Part shown: positions 26,106 to 32,239 of the stretch, piece by piece
Layout of the letters: every line of letters starts with the position of its first letter
Numbering within the stretch: position 1 is the first letter of the stretch
IMG/VR virus record: IMGVR_UViG_2645727843_000011
Reading direction: 5' to 3' (one strand)
DNA from: a virus
Lineage: Duplodnaviria; Heunggongvirae; Uroviricota; Caudoviricetes
DNA length: 32,239 nucleotides
Notes under the pieces: model-generated
The model's database searches: none
Seen by the model: the letters and a program-made list of their open reading frames with translations, nothing else
What the model was told of the DNA's origin: nothing
Position numbers and translations under genes: made by a program

Positions 26106-28391
26106 TTACCCCCATTCATATATACCAGTAAACCCCGGCCACTCATCAGCAACAGGATATGTGAATTTCTGCCCGTCGTATATCACAGACGCCCCGCGCG
26201 CCAGCGCCTCAAGCTCCCATCGCTGCGGCCTGATACCGTTCTGAGCAAGGTCAACGCGGATACGGGTAATTTGCATTCGTTCCGGCCGGGTCAGCCTGGC
26301 CGATGGTGCCATTTCATGCGGTTTTAACGGGCTTCCGTTTCTTTGCTGACGATTTGGTGTTCTCAGTCCGTGTTTTAATGCACCTCTGAGCGCCCTCACG
26401 ACCTCCGGGTCATTCCATTCGATAACACCGTCATCAACCAGATTAAGCACTGCTGCGGCGTGTTCAGAAGGTGTGGGAGCCGGTAACGAAGTATCACCAC
26501 CGGTGACCTTTCCACAGTTATTGACAGGACTCCGAGGCGCGGCGATGCCGCTTTTTAAAGTCAAAGGCTCAACGACCGGCACTTTCGGAACAATGCGCCA
26601 GTCCGTCGTTCTGGTGATATGAATATGACGCGCGCCGAGATGCGGCGCGTAAATGCCGACCACTCTCTCGACTTCTTCCTCGTACTCGTTAACTTCATCC
26701 GACGGACTACGGGCGACCCTGACAGTCTGACAATCGCGCGGGACATTTGCCCCACCCTGCGCGCTGATATACAGCGCAAAATCGCCACTGTCTGCGGCAG
26801 CGCGTGCAGCCTCGACGCGTTCGTCAAACTCATCAGCAATGCTGACGCCGCGAGGCAATTTGCGTAGTTCACGGTAAGCCCCCATTGTCGGCAGGCCAAC
26901 CGTTTTAAATTGCGGAATGCGCCACGTTGACGCCCATGCGGTAACAGCCGCGGCAGTGTCTTTCAGCGGCCTGCCGGTATCGTTATCGAGCTGACCATCC
27001 AGTGCATAGCCGTCGATGTTTTTTGAAATGTATTTCGCGATATATCCCGCAGCACCGCCCCGGTTAAGGTGTTTTGCCTGAAAACGGTTTCGCGCAGCTC
27101 CTCTTTCGTCGCCATCCTCTTTGAGCGCGTAGCGACGCATGATTTCAATAATCTGGTTACGCTGGCGTGGATGACAAAAAAGCATCATATGCCAGTGCGG
27201 CGTTCCGTCGTGGTGTGGCTCGACGACACGCAAACCGTAGACCTGTAAATCATTATCCTTGAATGCCGTGCGCATCAGGCTCCAGATGCGGCAGAGATAA
27301 CGCTGCGCATCCTTTGGATTAAATGCCTCATCATTCCAGCCGTGATTAAGCTGGACGGTTTTATTTTCGCCTTTTCCAACCTGACGTGTCGGGTGATACT
27401 TTGACGGCGCGGTAAGCGTGATAAACATCCCCACATCACCCTCTGCGGCGGCGTAATGCTCAATACCGGCGATGGTGTTCATCAGCTCCATCCGGCGAAT
27501 TTCAGGATTAGAAATACTGCCCATCACCTTACTGATAAGGTCGATGCGCTCGCCGGTTTCCCTGTTTTCAAGGTCACACGATTTAAGAAATTCCAGATTT
27601 GCCTGGCGGCGTGCACGTACATCACGAATGGCATGTTTACTGGCATAAGGAGAACGGTCTTTATTCACCTCCCCGACAGCAATCAGTAACGCCTCATGCC
27701 AGCGCATACGCTGGCCTTTAAGCTGATGAGTCCACCACTCATCGTTAAACAGACGGGCAATGGCAGAATATGCCTGCCTCGTGGTTATCTGTCCTTTACG
27801 GTATTTTTTCCAGTAGAGCGGGGAAATATTGAAAGCACGTGCAGCGCCAGCAACATGACCATACAGATGATCCTGCGCCTCATCCGTAAACAGCGATTCT
27901 TTTTCGCCATGCGCATCCACCCAGGCATCGCAGAGTTCCTCATACATCATGAAAAGCTGCGATGAGATACGGGCGGCAAACTTTTTCAGCTCCTTGTCAT
28001 TCATCCCCGGCAGACGCGCATAATGGTCACGCTCTGCCAGAAACAGCAACGACGCGTCGGTGTTCATTTCATGGCGCTGATTCACACGCTCAATGCGCGG
28101 CCATAAACGACGCTGAAAAGTGGATGTGAGAAAATAAAACCCGTGCACCGGGCTTTTATTGCGCCGGATGTAGTCATAGCGTGAAGTAAACAGCGAGCGC
28201 AAAAAGTAAGGCAGGCGGTTAATCGTGGATAAAACACCTTGCACCTGACGCATCTCGTCACGTGTAAGGGGTCTTTCGCGCCCGACAGCCTCGCGTGGCG
28301 CGTTCCATGCATAAGCACCGGTAAACGTCTTACCGGTGCCTGCGGCAAATGCTGACGGAGGGACAAAGCGCCCGGAGGCTTTAACGGCCAT
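26106..28391 (-). CDS. A: Replication initiation protein gpA (rolling-circle nickase), 761 aa
   Basis: Translation from ATG at 28389..28391: MAVKASGRFVPPSAFAAGTGKTFTGAYAWNAPREA...; the track ORF is extended to 28433. Confidence 0.9.
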   Translation of the reverse strand: MAVKASGRFVPPSAFAAGTGKTFTGAYAWNAPREAVGRERPLTRDEMRQVQGVLSTINRLPYFLRSLFTSRYDYIRRNKSPVHGFYFLTSTFQRRLWPRIERVNQRHEMNTDASLLFLAERDHYARLPGMNDKELKKFAARISSQLFMMYEELCDAWVDAHGEKESLFTDEAQDHLYGHVAGAARAFNISPLYWKKYRKGQITTRQAYSAIARLFNDEWWTHQLKGQRMRWHEALLIAVGEVNKDRSPYASKHAIRDVRARRQANLEFLKSCDLENRETGERIDLISKVMGSISNPEIRRMELMNTIAGIEHYAAAEGDVGMFITLTAPSKYHPTRQVGKGENKTVQLNHGWNDEAFNPKDAQRYLCRIWSLMRTAFKDNDLQVYGLRVVEPHHDGTPHWHMMLFCHPRQRNQIIEIMRRYALKEDGDERGAARNRFQAKHLNRGGAAGYIAKYISKNIDGYALDGQLDNDTGRPLKDTAAAVTAWASTWRIPQFKTVGLPTMGAYRELRKLPRGVSIADEFDERVEAARAAADSGDFALYISAQGGANVPRDCQTVRVARSPSDEVNEYEEEVERVVGIYAPHLGARHIHITRTTDWRIVPKVPVVEPLTLKSGIAAPRSPVNNCGKVTGGDTSLPAPTPSEHAAAVLNLVDDGVIEWNDPEVVRALRGALKHGLRTPNRQQRNGSPLKPHEMAPSARLTRPERMQITRIRVDLAQNGIRPQRWELEALARGASVIYDGQKFTYPVADEWPGFTGIYEWG

Positions 28392-28656
28392 ATGAGCCAA
28401 AAGCCTCTGAACAACGCTTGCTGAGTTGCTCAACCTGCGCGTTTAAATCGGCAAAAGATTTTGCGCTTCCGGTCAGAATATCGTGATGCATCAGGCCGGA
28501 AACGAGCTGGCTTAATTTCGGGTAATAACCAACCACCGCCAGCCATTCCTGACCGGCGTTTTTACCGCTTTCCGCTCTCTTTTTCTCGTGGAGAATAAAC
28601 TGAAAGCTGTCACTGGTAACGACATAACGTTCGCCAATTTCAATACGAATACTCAT
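28381..28656 (-). CDS. Hypothetical early protein, 91 aa
   Basis: ATG-initiated ORF overlapping the A start by 11 bp; part of the early operon between B and A. Confidence 0.6.
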   Translation of the reverse strand: MSIRIEIGERYVVTSDSFQFILHEKKRAESGKNAGQEWLAVVGYYPKLSQLVSGLMHHDILTGSAKSFADLNAQVEQLSKRCSEAFGSYGR

Positions 28657-28877
28657 GCCGTTCTCCGGTAATGTTTGTTTTTTGCTTCAAAGACTGACTG
28701 ACAGGAAACACAACGCGTGGCTGAGGGATAAGCAGCACGACGGGCAGCAGGTATTGGCGCGTCACACTCTTCGCAAACCAGCGCAGAAGCACCGCAATGT
28801 TTTACCCTTGCCGCGTTAATCTGGCGCTCCAGTAATTCAGCCTGTTGTTCCTGAATAAAATCTACGTTGTCCGGCAT
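28653..28877 (-). CDS. TraR/DksA-type C4 zinc-finger protein, 74 aa
   Basis: Two Cys pairs (CEECDAPIP ... CVSCQ) in a 74-aa protein; ATG start; overlaps the neighbouring ORF stop. Confidence 0.65.
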   Translation of the reverse strand: MPDNVDFIQEQQAELLERQINAARVKHCGASALVCEECDAPIPAARRAAYPSATRCVSCQSVFEAKNKHYRRTA

Positions 28878-28879
28878 TA

Positions 28880-29167
28880 TCAGCTCCTTTTGTCGTTCAG
28901 CTTCTTAAATTCATCAGCGCAATAGCTGGCGATTTCTGTCGTTAATTTTGTCAGTTCATCCACGGATGAAATTTGCTTATGAAATACAGCGCGTTTAACA
29001 AGTAAATTGACCACATCAGACAGGAGATTTAATTTATCCGCATAAATGGCTATAGTTGATTCCACCATATCCCCAGTGTTTTTATCGCGTTTAATATCAG
29101 CTAGCGACAAATCACCATTTTTCATGACTGAAATCTTCAGCCAGTTATTAAGCAATATATTTTTCAT
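28880..29167 (-). CDS. Hypothetical early protein, 95 aa
   Basis: ATG at 29165..29167; compact early operon context. Confidence 0.55.
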   Translation of the reverse strand: MKNILLNNWLKISVMKNGDLSLADIKRDKNTGDMVESTIAIYADKLNLLSDVVNLLVKRAVFHKQISSVDELTKLTTEIASYCADEFKKLNDKRS

Positions 29168-29409
29168 TCGCTATATGCCCTCTCCGCAGAATCAATCATT
29201 TCCCGGCCATTATCGGTAATACAGAAACCTTCTCTTGATTTGGTCACAAGCCCCCATTTCCCCATTGCTATAAATGCTTTTTCCACACGACTAGGACAGG
29301 AGCGGAAGACATCGCTTGAAGGATGTAGTGGAGTCTTGTCATCTAATTTTTTAAGTAATGAAAGTTGATAATCTGTTAAGCGTTTCCTGAACCATTTTGT
29401 ATTTGTCAT
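29164..29409 (-). CDS. Hypothetical early protein, 81 aa (P2 orf81-like by size and position)
   Basis: First ATG at 29407..29409 (the track ORF starts at a TTG at 29415); overlaps the downstream ORF by 4 bp. Confidence 0.55.
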   Translation of the reverse strand: MTNTKWFRKRLTDYQLSLLKKLDDKTPLHPSSDVFRSCPSRVEKAFIAMGKWGLVTKSREGFCITDNGREMIDSAERAYSE

Positions 29410-29423
29410 CTCCAACTTTCCTG

Positions 29424-29636
29424 TTATTTATTGAGTCCTAGATTATGGAATTTGGCAGACTCCTGACTGAGCAACTCGACTATCTCCACGCGGGATAACT
29501 CCGCCTTTGTGATGTGGCGAATCATGGCATCAAGATGAGACGAAAAGCGCGTTGCTGCATCGGCCTGTGCTTCGGTTCTGGCCTGTTGCAGCATTAATGC
29601 GTATTTACCGCACTGATTTTCAGAAACTGTATGCAT
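29424..29636 (-). CDS. Hypothetical early protein, 70 aa
   Basis: ATG at 29634..29636; located between B and the orf81-like gene. Confidence 0.55.
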   Translation of the reverse strand: MHTVSENQCGKYALMLQQARTEAQADAATRFSSHLDAMIRHITKAELSRVEIVELLSQESAKFHNLGLNK

Positions 29637-29699
29637 GACTTTCTCCAGGCAAAAAGAAGCCCCGCACGATTAAGTGCGTTAAAAACTTTGGTTAATTAC

Positions 29700-30200
29700 T
29701 TAATGCAGATATTGCTCTGGTTTTACCGACGTCAGAATTGTCGGTGCATATTCAAACAGACTGAATAATTCACGTAATGCACGGAATAAAGCATCACGCC
29801 AGTAACATGACTCTTCATTAATTCGCCAGTATGGCTGGTTAAATTCTTTTTCTGTCAGTCGTGCGTGCATAAATAAAGTACGGCGCTGACTGACAGTTAA
29901 AAAGCTAATATATGCATACTCACTTGCACCAACCTGACGGCGTTTTGAGAATGCCCCACGCAATTCATCAATTGCACAAACCAGCCGTTCACGTTCGACG
30001 TCGTTCATTTCTTCAAAACGCATCGTTGCATGACGCTGTTTTAACTGCGCATGGAAGCAAACCGTTAGCCGTTCGCGCTCCATCATCTGATTATAATAAT
30101 CACATGTCTCCTGCCAGCGAGGGACGGCAAGATGCTTACCAATTATCCGGCGCATAGTTGCTGGTTGTTTTTCAACGAGATTGAGCGTCATCACTGTCAT
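29700..30200 (-). CDS. B: Replication protein gpB (helicase loader), 166 aa
   Basis: Translation MTVMTLNLVEKQPATMRRIIGKHLAVPRWQETCDYYNQMMERERL... recognised as P2 gpB; an alternative ATG two codons upstream at 30206. Confidence 0.85.
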   Translation of the reverse strand: MTVMTLNLVEKQPATMRRIIGKHLAVPRWQETCDYYNQMMERERLTVCFHAQLKQRHATMRFEEMNDVERERLVCAIDELRGAFSKRRQVGASEYAYISFLTVSQRRTLFMHARLTEKEFNQPYWRINEESCYWRDALFRALRELFSLFEYAPTILTSVKPEQYLH

Positions 30201-30433
30201 TTCCATACCCTCCGGCTTTTCAGAAAGGTCAGAGCCTTTTTTAACGGACTCTGTTTTTTGGTGCGGATAATGATTCCCTTACGCCCCTTACCGTGGGTAA
30301 TGGTGAAGTCAATCGCCCTGGGGCTTTCGTTACGCAATAACTGAGCAATACAACGAGGCTCGTTCATCCTTTCCACCTTAAGCCGCACGGCTATGTCTTG
30401 ATTTGCTGTAACTAATGCGATTTTTCCAGTCAT
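30197..30433 (-). CDS. Hypothetical protein, 78 aa (P2 orf78-like), overlapping the 3' end of cox
   Basis: ATG at 30431..30433 gives 78 aa (MTGKIALVTANQDIAVRLKVERMNEPRCIAQ...); the track ORF is extended to 30457; position between cox and B. Confidence 0.5.
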   Translation of the reverse strand: MTGKIALVTANQDIAVRLKVERMNEPRCIAQLLRNESPRAIDFTITHGKGRKGIIIRTKKQSPLKKALTFLKSRRVWK

Positions 30434-30734
30434 GCCATTCTGTCGGAGCTTCATCAACTAGTTGGGCTGCGTACTTGTCCCACTCACAGCGATTAATCCA
30501 TAACTCAGCATGACCGCCCGGCTTTAATGGGTCCGTCATATAAAAGGCTGGTAACTTGCCTGCTTTCGCCATTTCAGCAACAGCACGAGGCGTCTTACCG
30601 ATGTAAAGAGCAAATCCCTCTTTCGAGAGCAAATCCGACGGTGCGGCTGCAAGTTTGATGTCACATTTTTTACTTTTTGTGAGATCAGATACTTTTTCTC
30701 CAACATCGTTATTCATTTCTGATCCAATACTCAT
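30378..30734 (-). CDS. cox: Cox-like excisionase / early repressor of Pc, about 118 aa
   Basis: Contains a Cox-like HTH region (FALYIGKTPRAVAEMAKAGKLPAFYMTDP) aligning with recalled P2 Cox (FAKLIGKSTGAVRRMIDKGKLPVIDMTDP); ATG at 30732..30734 with a GAGGA RBS; divergent from C. Confidence 0.7.
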   Translation of the reverse strand: MSIGSEMNNDVGEKVSDLTKSKKCDIKLAAAPSDLLSKEGFALYIGKTPRAVAEMAKAGKLPAFYMTDPLKPGGHAELWINRCEWDKYAAQLVDEAPTEWHDWKNRISYSKSRHSRAA

Positions 30735-30838
30735 TTTGATATCCTCAACTTTGGTGCCATTCAACCAGAGCTATTTGAAGCCGCTCTGCGTTGCTCTGGC
30801 GTGTCGCATGCAACATAAATTACGAGATACGACAATTC
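30735..30838. promoter_or_regulatory. Immunity switch region: divergent early (Pe) and repressor (Pc) promoters and operators
   Basis: 104-bp gap between divergent cox and C starts; contains the inverted repeat ccagag / ctctgg (30765..30770 and 30795..30800) and a direct repeat gctctg at 30783 and 30793. Confidence 0.5.
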
Positions 30839-31150
30839 ATGTCAAATACACAAATCACATCTCAAGCAGAGAAACTCGCACTTATTCGGGAGTCAGAAAG
30901 AATGACAAGGAAGCAAGTTGCTGAATTAACTGGAATTAACTACAACACCTATGCTGGATATGAGCAGGGAAAAGTAAAGATGTCTTTTGACGCAGGCATG
31001 AAATTTTTCAAGCCAGAAAGATTTCGCAAGTACCGTGACTGGTTCATGTTTGATGAAACTGATCCCGCTGGCGGACAAATAGCCCCGGCGCTCGCGCACA
31101 TTGGGCAAGACTCAACAACCTTGCACCACTCAGACCAAAAGACTGGCTGA
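30839..31150 (+). CDS. C: Immunity repressor C, 103 aa
   Basis: Translation from ATG at 30839: MSNTQITSQAEKLALIRESERMTRKQVAELTGINYNTYAGYEQGK... with an HTH, ending ...GQIAPALAHIGQ...SDQKTG, which I recall as P2 C-like; the track ORF begins at a TTG at 30791. Confidence 0.8.
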   Translation: MSNTQITSQAEKLALIRESERMTRKQVAELTGINYNTYAGYEQGKVKMSFDAGMKFFKPERFRKYRDWFMFDETDPAGGQIAPALAHIGQDSTTLHHSDQKTG

Positions 31151-31243
31151 CGATTTATTCAGCATATGTGTGCAGTAAATGTACGAAAGAAAATTGCATT
31201 AATTTTCAAGTAGTAGAAGTAAACAGCGTCATCGGAGGGCTTT

Positions 31244-32239
31244 ATGTCTATTAAAAAGCTCGATGATGGTCGTTATGAAGTGGACGTCAGACCGCAGGGT
31301 GCAGATGGAAAACGTATCAGGCGGAAATTTAAAACTAAAGGTGAAGCTCAAGCATTCGAACGTCATGTACTGGTTAACTACCACAACAAAGAGTGGCTGG
31401 AGAAGCCAGCCGACCGCCGAACTCTTACAGAGTTGTTAGGCAGATGGTGGATATATCACGGAAAATCACATGAGCGTGGAGATATTGAACGGGGGCGTTT
31501 GACGACAATAATCGCCAAATTTGCAGAAATGGGAGTGTCCAGAGCTGACCAGCTAACAAAGAAAACGATAACTGATTATCGCGTTGTAATGATGAACGAT
31601 GGTCTAAAACCAGCCAGCGTAAATCGGCATCTGGCAATAATGAGCGGGATGTTCACCAAGTTAATTGACGCCGGTGAATACCATTCTCACAACCCGTTCC
31701 GTGAGGTTAAGCGATTACGTGAAGCTGTTACAGAAATGGCTTTTTTGTCCAGTGAAGAGATTACACGGCTGTTATCCATGCTCGATGGTGATGAATTAAA
31801 TGCGACTCTGGTCTGCCTTTCTACTGGTGGACGTTGGAGTGAAGTGTCTAATTTAAAAGCTGAACACATCATTCACCAGATGGTTACGTTTATGAAAACT
31901 AAAAACGGAAAGCGCAGAACAATTCCCGTTTCGCAGGACCTGATTAAACGGATCAAGACCAAAAATTCAGGCAGGCTTTTTAATGCCAGTTACTACAAAG
32001 TGCGCAACGCTCTCAGGGAAGTAAAACCCGATTTACCTGACGGACAGGCAGTGCATGTTTTGAGGCATACATTTGCCACACATTTTATAATGAATGGAGG
32101 TAACATAATCACATTGCAGCGCATCCTGGGTCATTCTAACATTCAGCAAACTATGACCTACGCACACTTTGCACCGGATTTCTTACAAGATGCAGTGACT
32201 CTTAACCCGGTGTCAGGAATGTCCATAATGCGTCCATAA
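31244..32239 (+). CDS. int: Phage integrase (tyrosine recombinase), 331 aa
   Basis: 331-aa ORF with a GGAGGG RBS and ATG at 31244; C-terminal catalytic motifs HVLRHTFATHF and LGHSNIQQTMTYAH; terminal gene next to the (unseen) att site, as in P2. Confidence 0.88.
   Translation: MSIKKLDDGRYEVDVRPQGADGKRIRRKFKTKGEAQAFERHVLVNYHNKEWLEKPADRRTLTELLGRWWIYHGKSHERGDIERGRLTTIIAKFAEMGVSRADQLTKKTITDYRVVMMNDGLKPASVNRHLAIMSGMFTKLIDAGEYHSHNPFREVKRLREAVTEMAFLSSEEITRLLSMLDGDELNATLVCLSTGGRWSEVSNLKAEHIIHQMVTFMKTKNGKRRTIPVSQDLIKRIKTKNSGRLFNASYYKVRNALREVKPDLPDGQAVHVLRHTFATHFIMNGGNIITLQRILGHSNIQQTMTYAHFAPDFLQDAVTLNPVSGMSIMRP

Larger units (their letters stand above)
1..32239. mobile_element. P2-like prophage, near-complete genome from ogr stop to int stop; att sites outside window
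   Basis: Collinear set of P2 structural, lysis, packaging, replication and immunity gene homologues recognised from translations; cos 19-mer present internally at 24641..24659, as expected for an integrated, permuted P2 genome. Confidence 0.9.

Noticed and set aside
25802-26131. 109-aa + strand ORF in the interval downstream of A
   Set aside because: No RBS, overlaps the A stop codon on the opposite strand, low-complexity Ser-rich translation; the region is more likely non-coding 3' or promoter sequence for the 311-aa gene. Weakly held: a small gene here cannot be excluded.
1-32239. tRNA, rRNA or CRISPR loci; IS elements
   Set aside because: No CRISPR repeat-spacer architecture, no terminal inverted repeats with transposase ORFs, and no region with tRNA- or rRNA-like sequence was noticed; coding density by phage genes leaves no room outside the three cargo slots.

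Overview
This window is essentially one complete P2-like (Peduovirus-type) prophage in integrated, permuted order and reverse-complement orientation relative to the standard P2 map. It starts at the stop codon of ogr and ends at the stop codon of int; the att sites lie outside. Gene order on the - strand is ogr-D-U-T-E/E'-FII-FI-[cargo]-G-H-I-J-W-V-[cargo]-S-R-lysC/lysB-lysA-K-Y-X-L-M-N-O, then P-Q on the + strand, the 19-nt cos site (24641..24659), a third cargo gene, then A, five small ORFs, B, orf78-like, cox, C and int. All protein assignments come from reading the supplied translations and recalling P2 proteins and their lengths; no database search was run. Three AT-rich cargo slots interrupt the conserved backbone. 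The most interesting is the FI-G (Z/fun-equivalent) slot: a short FimB/FimE-like tyrosine recombinase, a 280-aa unknown protein and a small membrane protein, bracketed by three copies of a 16-bp site, two of them inverted around about 110 bp. I read this as a candidate recombinase-controlled (phase-variable or excisable) cargo or defence cassette. The other two slots hold a 261-aa membrane protein (V-S, orf30 position) and a 311-aa unknown protein next to cos (tin/old position). Also directly visible: a 132-bp in-frame tandem repeat expansion in tail fibre gene H, the E/E' -1 frameshift site, and embedded lysB/lysC spanin genes. No tRNA, rRNA or CRISPR array was found.
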